NCBI GenBank assembly: GCA_964057225.1
Contig: OZ059899.1
Span: forward strand, 15,748,001-15,812,000
Origin: Auanema rhodensis
Taxonomy: Eukaryota > Animalia > Nematoda
Direction: 5' to 3'
Length of the DNA: 64,000 nt
Both the position numbers and the translations under genes were made by a program. Numbering within the stretch: the stretch's first letter is position 1; each line of letters opens with the position of its first letter. Below are positions 13,506-27,150 of this stretch, piece by piece. The notes below the pieces were generated by a model that was not told the DNA's origin, did no database searches, and worked only from the letters and a program-made list of their open reading frames with translations.

Positions 13506-14404
13506 CTAAAAAGAATTGGTAGGATTAGGGTTAAGCAACAAGCATTTCCAAAGGCTTAAAAGATTCATGGTCGAGACTATTGAGAAAATTGAAAAATGAG
13601 AGCAAACGGCTAATCTTAATTTTTGTTCTTCTTCTTGAGCATTTAGCGCAATATTTGTGTATTGGCGCTAAATCCAAGACAAAAGTGCGATTCAGATTTG
13701 GAATACACAAGTTCTTAATAAAAATATTTGTGATACAAAAAACGTTGGAACAGGTGTAGAATGTTGTGGTATCTTTCAGAGACGTCTGTTTCATCGGCTG
13801 ACCGCAATTCTCACCGAATAATCTCTTGTCCAACAGTTGTCTAATGACAAAAACGCATTTATCATTAAAAGATTACAGTGAGAACTGAAATGTGAGTCTG
13901 TATCATGGCGAAATTATTATGACCAGCAAGTTTTATTGGTTAAACTTAAAACTGTCAAAACAGTAAACCAGTGAACCCAGGAAAGCATAAACGTAAACTG
14001 TAAGGATGGGATGACGTTGCATGATAACAATGCTAATAATAATTAAATATTATAGGCTTTACAATTCGAATAAGAATACTAAATATTAATTTACTTTTAC
14101 ACTGATGGTCTATATTCTAGTAATCACAATTAGTTCAGCCCTAGAACCCAATTATCGGCAAGATAAGAGGTCGTTAAAAATAGATCACAGATTCAAAATA
14201 TGATTTAAAAATAGGTTGTACCAACAGAGAGGGGAAAACATGTGTTATAACTATCCAGAGTGTCTAGGACAGTATTAAGGAACAACGTTTCAATGAGGGA
14301 ATACTACTGTTGTAGTCTATAATAACATTAAAAATCAGAGAAAACATATAATTCCGAACGATCTAAGCACTGAGCCCTGAAGAGGAATGACTGAAGAATT
14401 GTTG

Positions 14405-15339
14405 TTACTCTTCCTCAGGCAATGGTCCACCCCAATCAAATCCACCCGGTCTCTCTTCTTCGGGAACAGGGGGCAGCTCCTGACGTCCCTCACATAGAAT
14501 ACGAAGCCATTCGGGAGTAGTCAGTACTCTGAATCCTCGTCTTTCATTGGGAAATACATCTTCTAAGAAAAAGTATACATGACCACAAGCAATTCCTAAA
14601 TAGAACAAAGGTCAAGAAACTTTTGCAAACAAAAGCTTACCCATAAAGTCAACCATAGCACTATTTCCGATGAGCAGTGAAAAAAGAAGTAAAACCCATG
14701 GAAGATACGGTGCAGTGAATTGGAGAAGACCAAAGAAATTCATCTAAAATTAAATTTAAGAAATATTTGGAAAAAAAATTATACATGAACTTGTGGGTTC
14801 CTACGACTCCATACGTAAACCAACATCATAGTAAAAGCTTGTCCCAAGAAAATCATTTGAACAAAAATACTACTAATGATCTAAATATGACGAAAGTAGG
14901 TATAACAATAAAAATCAAGTTTAAATACCATTAGAATTCCTCCTAATATAAACATGTAAACCAAATCAGCTTTTCGATCCCGGAAAGAGCCTTCTTCTAA
15001 CATCATACAATATCGATAAGTGAACATCATATTGAAAACAAAAGAAAATCCGAAAGATCCGAAATAACAGAATGAAGTGATTAATCGCCAAAACTGAAAA
15101 CATATTTAGTAAATGAGTAAATAGAATGGGAAGCTTACTTGGTATTGTTGGATTACAAGATACCAATTGAAATACAGATGATAAGGCGTTACATAGTCTA
15201 ATTGCTGAAATAGATTTGTTCTTATGAATTCTTAAAGGAAAGAATTGCTTACCACTGCCAGAGTTGTCAGAAAACATACAGTAGTATATGCCCGCGTTAC
15301 CGGCGGCATACTCTGGTAGAACTCCAGTAAATGATTCAT
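14405..15339 (-). CDS. der-2: Derlin-2-like ERAD protein
   Basis: [70 protein letters not shown]. Confidence 0.93.
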
Positions 15340-15610
15340 CTATAATTTAGCTTAAAAAATATTCGAGATGTTGAGTAATAGGTAATCAAAGGGTCTAATC
15401 CTTCAAAAATATAACCAGAAAATGAAATAGAATCTTCAATAAAATTCAAAATAATAACAACACGTAACGAAATTCCTAAAAAAAAGTGCAACTAACTACT
15501 ATTTCTAAAAACAATTCTGAGTGTTAGTCCTAAGCTATATAACGATAAGAAGAAACATAGAAGATATGCTTAGAATCAACAATCACGAATTACACTAATA
15601 ACAAGATATT

Positions 15611-18572
15611 TTAAGGAGTGAGAATAGTAGATTTGTTTTTTCCACCGGCGAGATCCGTCAGAAGCTTGTTCAGCCTTTCCACCATTTTGCTAGTGTCCTT
15701 AATGAGACCAGCGGTGATCAAAGCATTATCATAAATCTAAAAGATACACAGATTTTAGCAGTTTGTTCTTAAAATGCTTACTTGTTCTATCAAAAGCTTT
15801 GCAACTTCTGGATCAGATTTTTTCAATTGATAAAGGCTTTTGATGAGTGGATGCAATAAGCTAATGTGAAGAGTTGGTTGAAAGAAGACCTAAATATAAA
15901 AATGTTTTATGAAGAATAATAATAATATTTACCAAGTGCTCCATGTCCTTAATCTCTCCAGTTTTCAAGAAATGTCGGGCAGCTCCAATTTCATGCTTAA
16001 CAGTGATCATGCAGGGATGTTCAGATGGTCTGTGACTTCCGGCAATATCGAAAACTTTAACCGATCCCAAAGTATTCTTGACCCAGTCGAGGAGTTCCTT
16101 CTTATCAACATCACGGAATTCCTCTGTTAAATACAACCATTATCCAATCGCCTATATAAAATGATTTACTTGTTTCTTTTGTATCCTGAGGTTTTTCAGC
16201 TTCTTGTGCAGCCCAACTTTCAACAGTAACCAGTTGCTTCATCTTGAATTGTTGAAGAGTCAAAAAGACGACTTCATCTGCGGCATCGTAAAGGAAAAGA
16301 ACTTCTTTGTTTTGAGATTTAATAATCTCGTAATATGGCGAATTTTCAGCCAAATGGCGACTAAAGTTAGAATTATATTTGGAATAATGGTTATCGTCCT
16401 ACTTGGGAGAATACATGTAGTAAATTTCCTTTTGATCCTCTTTCATTCTCTTAACATAATCAGCTAAGCTGGTAAGTTCACCAGATTTAAGGCTAGAAGA
16501 CTCGAACAAAAGAAGTTTGGCAACATCTTCCTATAAATTTATAATTCATATCGCAGATATATTCCTTATTAGCATAACGATTTCACAGCCGGTTAACAAT
16601 GAGAAGTAAACTTCATTTTAAAATGTAAAAGCGATGCAGTCGGTTGGTCATGCGAATTAGTTTTAAACTTGGAAATTTTTTCGAATAGGATTGATTACTC
16701 ATAATGTTATATAAAGAAACATATAGATAGAAAAATCTAATTATGACACGTTTTGTGAAGCATGTAGTTTGTATAGATGAAAACAGAGATAAGAAAGACA
16801 CTAGATAAGAAGTATCTTACCATATAATTTCCAACAAAATTAGTTAAATTCACAACTAACCTTCAGATTTTGATCCATTTCGGTAACAACACCTTCTTTC
16901 AAGAATAAATTGTATTGCTTATAGAATTCCGAATATTTTACAGGATCTTTCTTCATTTCAGAAGCGAGATAGGCAAGGATTTTGTCGGTAAGAATCTTTT
17001 TAAGTTTTCTGTAGAAAAAATCAGTTTAACAAGTGATGTCAATCATACCATACCTCAAGATTGGGTTGTTCTGAAGCATTTCACGACTCAAATTCAAAGG
17101 AATATCTTCGGAATCAACAACACCCATTACAAAACGGAGATATCTACATATATATCGTTTTTTTTTAAAGATGCAACGACTTACGTAGGAATCAACTCTT
17201 GAGCAGCAGGCTTGATGAGTACTCTACGCGCATATAAAGAAAGCCCACATTCTTTTTGATTTGTAGCGAACTCTAATTGAGAGAAGTTGTGATGAGGAAT
17301 ATAAAGAACAGATTTTATAGAGAGAGGATTATCAGTCTGAATGTAAAGAACTGCATTATAGTTGAAAATAATAAGACAACTTTGTAATGAATGGTATAAG
17401 AAGGTCTTTGGAATACATCAGCTTTTTTTTGAGATTTAGCCAAATGACTGAAAAATGAGAAATAAGACTGAATCTAGCCATGGCTAAAACTCACGAGAAG
17501 AAAGATTCGTGCATTTCCTTGGTGACATCTTTAGGTGTCATTGTCCAAATAGCGTTCAAGCTGTTAATACGATCACCATTCAAAAGGATAGGAGATGAGA
17601 CAAAATACGAGTATTTGTTGATCACCTAAATATAAAAATAGAGTTCTCAATGGAATAAATTGCATTGAATCCCACATCAGCTATTCTATCTTTATTAGCA
17701 TATTCAGCAGCATCTCCAACTTTAAGACTAATCTCGATTCTAGTTCCAGTAGGTAAATCGCTAGCATCCGCAATTTCATAAGAATTATCTCTATATTGGT
17801 TAACAAGTAGAATATATTAGTATGAAGTGCTGAAAGATACCCGTTCCAACTCCATCTAAGGCCTTCGTTTGGAGCAGAGCCAACTTTGCGTGTAGTTACA
17901 GTGACAGCATCGGCAACCATGAACGCGGAATAGAATCCAACACCAAATTGTCCAATAACAGCATCAGCATTCTCCTTATTCTGAATTTCCAAGTTTGAAT
18001 AGTGATTCATTGATTGAGAGACAAACGTTTTCAATGAATTCTTTACTTCCAGATCGAGCAATAGTTCCTAAGCAATTAACCAAATCTTCACGATTCATTC
18101 CAATACCCGAATCTTCAAAAATAATTTTTCTATTAGCCTAAAAGAAAAACATTTCAAACTGTGAACACAGAATTAAATAGGAATACTTCGTCAGTGATGA
18201 TTCTGATTTCACTGGGACCCTCAGCAATAGCACCCTTAAGTTCTTCACACCGTCTTTTTTCTAATGCATCAGAAGCATTTGAGATCAATTCACGAACGAA
18301 AACCTAAAAATTATAATTTATACTGGATATTCTTTAACAGAAAATACCTCGCTGTGAGAATAGAGAGATTTAGCTACAATATCCATGAGATTTTTTGTTT
18401 CTGCTTGAAAAACAAACTTTTCTTGGGCATACTGTACACGAGCATTAGAGATCTGACGTTGAGATTGGACTACAGGAGCTACAGTGGTGGTCGATGTGAC
18501 AACTGCAGAACTGATAGGACGAATAACTCTGGAGCGCAGAGCCTTTCTGAGTATTACACGACTAGCATGCAT
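15611..18572 (-). CDS. hsp-75: Mitochondrial Hsp90 (TRAP1/Hsp75)
   Basis: Mitochondrial presequence; [82 protein letters not shown]. Confidence 0.96.
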
Positions 18573-19016
18573 TCTAAACAAAGAGTTGATACATACAAAT
18601 GTAAAAATTGAAATTATCATAAGATAAAAACTGGAATTAAGAACCAGATCATTTAAATTGATGGAAAAACAAACATAAAAAAGATAAAGCAATTTATTGA
18701 TAGGGGATTTAGTATAGATGCGTGTGCGTTTGTATGATGACATATGAAATGATTTTGGTGACCCAAACAACTTATGTACTCAAAAGAATAATTATAAATA
18801 ACTGAATCTACCTGATGAGGAAGGAATGATATCATAGTTATAAGCGGTTTGCTACATTACTGAGTATCTGTACATATTTTTTTAGTTAAAACATAAAACG
18901 GAAATAAGATCAAAATAAAGAGATATAACAGCTCGTAAAATATATTAATCGGTGGTGAATAAACCGAAACCTCATGAATATACAGAAAATTCCAAAAAAG
19001 AGTTATAAAACATTAT

Positions 19017-22000
19017 CTAGTTTTTCTTAGGCGAAGGATGCTCAATATTATCTAAAAGTGGCAAAAAGTTCCTAGAAAAGTCAACACTGTTTTGATTCAT
19101 CATCTCATTCACTGTTACATGAAAGAGTGCTGAGCTCTGAAAACCATTGCACCAAATAAGAAATTATTTTTCAAACAGAAACTAACTTGAAGAGATTCAG
19201 ATACACCCATTGACATTTGGCTGGATGTCTTGGTGGGAGTTACAGACACATCTCCCCCGAACAAATCAAATTCAGTAGGATGATGGTGGTTCAAGCTAAA
19301 ATAGATTAATTCTGCAAATTTATTTGATGTTGTAGACTTACTCTCTGCTCTTATCACCAAAATTGGAAAAATGGCCAGGAGACATAGACATATCTCCAAA
19401 TAACTCGGTTTCTTTCATCCTCCTAGGATAGGATGAGATTGGTTTTTTAAAATCTTTGTTAAATGTTACCTCTCTTCTTCGGTCATAGCAGGTCTTTGAT
19501 ATGTTTGGAGGCATTGTGAAGTGGGAGGATTGAAAATATGGGGTTTCTCTTCAGGAGTTTTTAAGCCCAGTAGCACAGAACATGACGAGTTGTCGTTATC
19601 CGCGACCTGAGAAATTAAAACTATGTGAAGAAAAAAAAGAGCTATAACACACGTGTGAAAAATCAGTTGGACCACATATGGATGATGCATGTTTCCTCGC
19701 TTCGGCTGCGATTCGATACTTGTAGGCACTGGTATACGTGACTGTAAAATCAATCAGAAGATAAATATAAACCACAGAAACGAGTACTCACCTTTGTTCT
19801 TGTCATTATGACTTTGTAATAAATTTCTACGAGCAGGAAGAACTGGCGGAGGATCTTTAGCAACATGAGATACGAATGAAGTTATTCGAGATTGGGAGAA
19901 AGGAGCAGCACTAGTCTTTGTACCAATTTTACGACTCTACAAACAAAAAACATGATATAAGTATTCCGTATCTTTTGTTTTTTTCTTTTTTTTCTACCTG
20001 AGCTAGAAAATAAGAATTATTTCACGTCATTTTCACGTGAAATATTTCTTATTTTCATCATCTCTTTTATCGTGAACGGTTGTTTATTTCAATAGTTCTA
20101 CTTATAATTTTATATTTTTATTTCTTAAAAAACTATTATTAAAAAGTTGTAAAATAAAAAAACCAAGAACTGTTAGATACAAACAATATAGGAAGTAGCA
20201 AGTCTTACTCGTTTGGCTGTTAGGGATTGCAGTTGCTTTTCGAAAGCTTCATTTTCTTCTGCTACTATGTCGCTTTCCACTATTGTAGGAACGTTCGCAG
20301 GTGTCGAATACTATTTATTGAGGATGAAACAACAAAAGAAAATTTAAAAAACCTGATCTCTACTAGCAGTAGGAGTTACGTCGTCTGTTCCTGCCGCGCT
20401 AGAACTCTTACAGTTTGAACAACGAACTACAGCACGGGATTTTGATGCATTTTCATCCCTAAACGATAATTCATCAGATATGAAAGTTAAATGCCCAGTA
20501 TACTCTTCCTGTAATTCTCCAGCTGTCCTTTTTCGAATATTCTCATCTTCGCGTCCTACACAAACTGCGTCACCATACTCACGTCCAAGTAAGGAGGAGA
20601 GAAGTACCCAAGGATCAGGAGACCTTTTTGGAACATTAATTGAATAAGTAAAATTGAGTTCGGGAGACATTCCACACTAAAGGAAAAATAAAAAAAATTT
20701 GATTTGACGACTTACCAAACAATAGAGTTCCGCAGCCGTTGTTTCAAGACTATTAGACATGTTTAGTCCTTCCATGATTACTTTAGAGTCAATAGACAAG
20801 GGATTCGAAACAATCAGAGAATAGGGAGAAGCTGTAAAAGTCGTATGCAACGAATATTATGAATCTTCAATAATTATACCTCCTTTTTGCTTAGCTGAAT
20901 TAGTTTCTTCCACTTCTCTTCGAAGTCTGAAAAAAATTATTTTAACTTTAAAAAATATTTTGGAATTATCAAAACCTGTTCAGAGATATGGTTGAACTTT
21001 CAGGAGGACCCATTTCTAAAACAACATTCCCAAGTTCCATTTCTTCTGAAGGATGCAAAACTATATCAATATCGGAACTGCCCCCAGGATTCTGAAAATT
21101 ATGGAGATTCACTGATTAAAATAGAATTTGTTTTACTATATTTTGGCCGTCACTCCCCCATTTCAAGTTAATGTAATTGAAAAACCTAGAAATTCTGTCA
21201 TTGCTGTTGATACGAATTTTAATAAACGGATTTTTCTCTTTTGCGATCTGAAATGAAAAACTCTATTAGAATTTCAGACAACTACTTACTAAACATGAAG
21301 CATCAGCATACGTTTTAGGCCGAAGCTTGATGACAATATCTTGTGGAAATTTTTCACGATCCAACCTTCGATTTTCTGTAAAAAAAATGTAAAATTACCA
21401 ATGGCAAAGAGGCTTTTTACGAGTAAAATATTTGTTCAAAGCTGGGCAAGGGGGTGTTTTTATTACAAGCGCCTTCTTTTTGGAACGTATTGTTGTTGAT
21501 CTAAATTTTAATCATAAACCATGCTTTGGTATCACAAAATCTAACCCCTCTAATATCAACTCTCTTAAACGTTCAGCCTGGTATTTAGATGTTCCTGTTC
21601 TCTTTCTCCATTCACAAGCATTTATTACGAGAAATAATTCTTTTGCATCTCTACATACACCAGAAAATTGATCTAAAACAATAAAAAATAGAAAGAACAA
21701 AAAACACAACAAACCATCAACATCTAGATCTGCAAAAGTTCTAATGAACTTTATGGAATTAAAATAAAAATTCTTTATTTGGTCTTTACATTTATGAACT
21801 TTTCGTTTAGCTACCCATTTGGTTATATTGTCGAAGTCTTTACCTAACTATAATAAGTAAGATTAGAATTTCAAATTATACGAAGACTTGTCAAACCTGT
21901 TTCACAGCTTCATAATAAATCATAATTTCTTCGTGACTCCACATTTTACCCTTTTTTAGTGGCAGTTCCTCTGTTGAGGTGGCCGTTGATGTTGATGGAA

Positions 22001-22252
22001 GAACAACATCACTCTGAAAACCAAATATACAATAAGCTAATAAATCTTCATATCCAACTGCGGTTGTAGGAACTGTAATATTTGTAGATTTAATACCAGT
22101 AGCTGTGGCAGGTCGAGATTGAGAAGTAGGAGGCCTAAAAACCATTCGCCTCCTTGAAACACCTGAGGTAACCTGAAATTTGGAGCTTAAATCGAGAACA
22201 AATGAATGAGACGAACCTCAGTAGGTGTCTCATCATGACTCGTAGTGGCCAT
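19017..22252 (-). CDS. Cramped/CRAMP1-like SANT-domain chromatin protein
   Basis: SANT WSHEEIMIYYEAVKQ | GKDFDNI..KDQIKNFYFNS, RDAKELFLVINACEWRK, NPFIKIRINS..ISRFFNYINLKW; low-complexity C-terminus. Confidence 0.8.
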
Positions 22253-22561
22253 GGCCTGAAGAAATGTTACAAATTACATATTTCAAAAAAGCTATACTGC
22301 AAGATAAACGAGGAAATACCGCATTGGCAACGAAAATAATAATAAAACAGAAATTGAATGCTACATTATTTTTTGGTTCACAAATTGTAAACGAACAAGT
22401 TCCAAATTATTCAAGAACCGATGTATCTCATAAGTTCAGGCCTAGCGACAATTAAGTCCCATGATAACGTATTAAAAAAAGAAAAATGAAAAAAACCCAA
22501 ACTAAAAAAAATTAAAATAGGAAATATGCTGAATAATTACTATTCCTTCCTCTTGAATCTT

Positions 22562-23547
22562 TCAATAAGCAGGTAAACCGAAATGCTCGGGCACGAACTG
22601 TTCAAGTGAGTTCAAAACTGAATTCACTCTTTTCTTGTATTCCTCATCGGGTGAGAAAACAATTGGATCAGGAACCATTACGCACTGCATACCCGCAGCC
22701 AATGCTGCTTCTACTCCATTTGGAGCATCTTCGAAAACCAGAACATTAGCAGGAGATACGGGAGCAGTCCGAAATCTGAAGAACACCTTTTAGTACAATC
22801 TCATCTGATACAAAGCGTACTTTGACATGGTGTACAAGAATCCGTCAGGAGCAGGCTTTCCTCTTTTAACATTAGGGTCATCACCCGTCAGAATCTAGAA
22901 GAAATTATCATTAACGAAACCAACACTGTTTATGTTTAACTTGAATAGGAACAAGGTCTACCCAATCTCTATGCTTTTCTGCTTTCAAAGCAAATGTTTT
23001 ACTACATGATCCCGTACAAATAGCTATTTCAATTCCTGTAACGGAAACCAACTTCAAAAGTACAGATAAGCAAACACTAGCCAGCTCGAGCCAAGTGCTC
23101 AACTAGTTTTTTAGCTCCAGGTAAAGCTTTTGCCGTAGGATAATTAGTATTTAATATATGATCATATTCTACAGCATACTCTTCCGGTGTTACTTGTTCT
23201 CTTAATCCCATCTACAAAAATTAAGAAATGAGAAGAAAGAAATGAAAGTGTACCTCATCCAAAAGACATTCGATAGCTTCCATATGTTTCATACCCATTT
23301 GTTCTTGAACCAAAATAATAGCAAACATAAATAAAACTATACGAACTTCTCTTCAGTTCCATAGAAAATCGTTTCCCAAATTTTTGTAACATAGTATCAT
23401 TGGCAAGAGTAAATATGGGTTCAGTATCCACGAGTAATCCATCAAAATCGAAAATAACGTGAGTAACTTTAGCGGAAGGGGGACACATCTGTAACATGAA
23501 ATATAAAGAAAACAATCAAAATCAATTATATATACTAAGTAAGACAT
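22562..23547 (-). CDS. HAD-family hydrolase (pseudouridine-5'-phosphatase/HDHD1-like)
   Basis: Motif [57 protein letters not shown]. Confidence 0.92.
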
Positions 23548-23632
23548 CTAGAGAAAAACTGTTCAAACGTTGTACAATATAATGGAATTATAATCACAGA
23601 TATTTCAAAAGTTTCATTAAAAGGTTATAAAA

Positions 23633-25631
23633 TTAAACTTCGAAAGAAGAGCATTCAGATGGCATACAATGCCATTGCCCCAAATTATTGACACGAAGCC
23701 TAAATATCAGAGATAACAAAGATAAAAAAAAACAAAAACCTGACCAACTTTTGAGCAGTGTTTTCATTTCGTTATATTTCACATTTGAAAACTTCAGATC
23801 AGAATACGTAATATTTTCATCTACAGAAAGCCCACAAGTAGAGCAAACCTGTAATATTATTAGTTATAAATATTAAAAATCAAGTAATTTACTTCGTTAA
23901 AAAGAGCCGAAAATTGGTATTTCGATAAGCGTGAAGGACCATTTTCGGTGAGACCAGTAGTCATGGGAATAATTTCAACAACATCATCAGCTGCATTCCA
24001 GTTAAGAGCACATGTAGAAACTTTGGTTGATTGCTTAATTTCAACAGGCTGGAAGAAAAAGTTTTGTTTATATGATAAAAATTAACTGTGAACATACGGT
24101 ACACAATGCGATTTGAGGTTTATTCAAAATGAATGGAGCTCGAGGGTTTAATCCGTTTAGTCGACCAAAAAGACTTCGAGTGAGCCTCGTACTTTCTTCA
24201 CCTTCAACTACAACTGAACTAAGATAAACCTTAAAATAATTTGTTACTATTTTAAGCAGAATAATGACAAACGGGATCTATGAAATGATTCAAAAGTGTT
24301 CCCTGCACTCCGAGAACGTTCCATTTCATAATTTTATCACTACAAGACATAATTCTCATTCGTTGACCATTACGTATAGCTGATATAGTTTGAGGGTCAC
24401 TACGTTTTGTTCCTAGAACAGCCCCAGCTCCTTAATATTGAAGTAAAATCATGAAAACATTTAGAAAAAACCTTGTTCTAATTTCACTCTTAATTTCCCA
24501 GCATTTGAATCCCCAGGTGCTGTTGGTGATACGGATCTAGTAGATAAGCATGTGGAAGTTTGAGTTGTACTAGAACCGGGTGGTTGATGCTGATAAACAC
24601 GAGCATCCCCACAAGGTGCAGTACTAATAAAAAGATGAAACGATACTCCTTCTCGCACAGCATATTTTTCTGAATAAAAAAGTTTAAAAAAAAAATGTTG
24701 GATAACATACGTGAATTTTCATTATAAGTGAAAATAGAATATTCTAAACTCTTAAATGCTAGAAGTAATTGAGAATATAGGAATCTAAATATAAATATCT
24801 CTAACTCATGTTGTCTTTAAATTGTAACCTCAAGAAGCCTCTTCTACATAAAACTTCAGCATGACAGTCATGAATTATTGTTCCCGTGCCCGATAAAGTA
24901 GATCCTAAGACAGTCCTTCGTTTTATTTATTAGTAATTTCTCATCTCATACCTTTAGTACATTTACTTCCAGAAGCCAAGGATACAATTTGCATTACTTT
25001 ACTATATGAATTGAAAATGAAAATAGAAGAAATCACCCTTTCTTGTCCATTGGTAGAAGAATATGGTATACTAAGTCTGGAAATCAAACGTCATAACAAA
25101 TTTTCGGAAACTACAAAACGATTACTTATTAAACTTGGCATGTGTATGATATTTCATCAACTCATAAAAAGTATTTTCATCGAATGATATTTCAAATGGC
25201 ACATTTCTATGAGAAACGTATAAATCGAAAAGTTTCTGAAAACAACACATAGTATAGAAATTGAATTAAAATACAAACTTGATAATTCTTTTGAACACAA
25301 GAGAGCTTAGCTGCTTTTTTACTTTTATCAATGTTACCCCAAACAACTTCGTTATGTATTTGAATTCCGCTTTGGAACAAAGGTCTGAAAAGTACGAACC
25401 TTGATTCAGCAGAAGAGTTTAGCTAGCTTACTCTTCTTTTCTAGATTTATCGGATGTGATAAACTTTGCATCTTGCTTAAAAACTATTCGATAAAGCTCA
25501 GAAAAAGAAGATACAATATTTTTATCATTTTTTGAAAGATAACTTGTTAGAAGATCAGAATAGGGCTGAGTATTCATCTGCAACGCTTAATATGACAGGT
25601 GATAATTCAGTAAATTTTAAAACCATACCAT
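23633..25631 (-). CDS. adr-2: dsRNA adenosine deaminase (ADAR, ADR-2-like; degenerate single dsRBD + deaminase domain)
   Basis: [17 protein letters not shown] (Zn His, catalytic Glu), [36 protein letters not shown]; second gene in the conserved operon order. Confidence 0.9.
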
Positions 25632-25864
25632 TGCATCTTATAAACTAGCTTGTTTGAATCACAAAAAATCAATTTACAAATTGAATTAGCTAAATCTTTC
25701 AGCTAAGAATTCATCAGCGCGTTTTCTTTGCAAAGTTTGGAATATAATAAACAGTTTGAACTGATTATAATGACTATAAATAAGAAATATTTACTATATT
25801 TTCATTACAGAACACAAATTGACAATCTCTCTAACATCTAACAGAAAGACTATACATCTATTTC

Positions 25865-26704
25865 TTAACGATACAAATACTCGGCCTGAAGATTAGCAGC
25901 TAATTCTGGTTCCCATCGATCACCATTGAGGAGAAGCTTCTCCTGAAAATAACAACAATATATGAAAAGTTGTAAATGAGTTACCTTGTTGTAAAGAAGT
26001 TCTTCGTGAGTTTCGGTAGAATATTCGAAATTAGGACCCTCAACAATGGCATCCACAGGGCAAGCCTCTTGGCATAACCCGCAGTAAATGCACCTAAATA
26101 TGTCAGAGCTTGCACATGAAAGGAAACAAATATTTACTTGGTCATATCAATATCGTATCTAGTGGTACGTCTGCTTCCATCTGGACGAGTTTCGGCCTCG
26201 ATGGTAATAGCCTTTAGAAAAAGAGTTATAAAACATAATGAAACTTCAAAAAAAACCTGAGCTGGACAGATAGCCTCGCACAACTTGCAAGCAATACAAC
26301 GTTCTTCTCCGGAAGGATAACGTCTCAAAGCGTGCTCTCCCCGGAAACGAGAACTGAGAGGTCCCTTTTCAAATGGATAGTTAATAGTTGCTGGCTCCAT
26401 GAAAACGTGACCAAGCATAACACCAAAACCTATACAGGAAAAAATAAGACAACTCAAAAAGTCATGTTAACCTCTGAACAATTCAGTAAAGAAAAGAGTG
26501 TGAAGTCCGTAGTTCAAATCACCACCAAGAGTTCCATCAGTTTCTTGAGGCATGCCAATATATTTATAGTTAGATCTTTTTTGAACTACATTGTTAGAAG
26601 CAGCAGCCTAGGAAAAAAACAGTGAAAGCAAAAAAAAAAATTTATACCTGAGGAACACGATTAAAGGAGCCCTTAATAAGGCTACTAGCAGTCCTTAAGG
26701 CCAT
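25865..26704 (-). CDS. NDUFS8: NADH:ubiquinone oxidoreductase 23 kDa Fe-S subunit (NDUFS8/TYKY)
   Basis: [69 protein letters not shown]. Confidence 0.97.
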
Positions 26705-27150
26705 ACCCTACAAATTAAATATTAGTAAAGACAATGGAAAACATTATGAATTTAAAAAACTGAAGAAACAAAAATAATTAACAATAATTTATAAGCATTT
26801 CCTATACGCTGAATTTACCCGTAAAACGTCGTCGTTTTCTAAGAATACGCAAAGAGCACGACAGTTTGCGGCCAATACTTCAAATTTTTGACGAAGTGTT
26901 AACAATGGTTTCCAATTGTTATCTTGCTCGAGTGAAATACTGTATTGAAATTTCTTTCTTTGATTGGAGATATGAAGAAGAAAAGATGGCGAAACAAATA
27001 GCAAATTGAATATGTAATGTATATTTTCTTTATGTCGATTTGAACATACAATGCCAAAGATTTTGAGACCCCTTAATTTTTCCTTTCTAACAAATGATTA
27101 CATATTGCTAAATATATTCTGAAAAAAGTTATCTTCAGATTGAAGGAACT
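26705..27150. promoter_or_regulatory. Putative bidirectional promoter (NDUFS8-adr-2 operon / henn-1)
   Basis: ~450 bp between divergent start codons, with a local CpG-containing island (TCGTCG, TTTGCGGCC, GATGGCGAAA) and acceptor sites on both sides. Confidence 0.55.
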
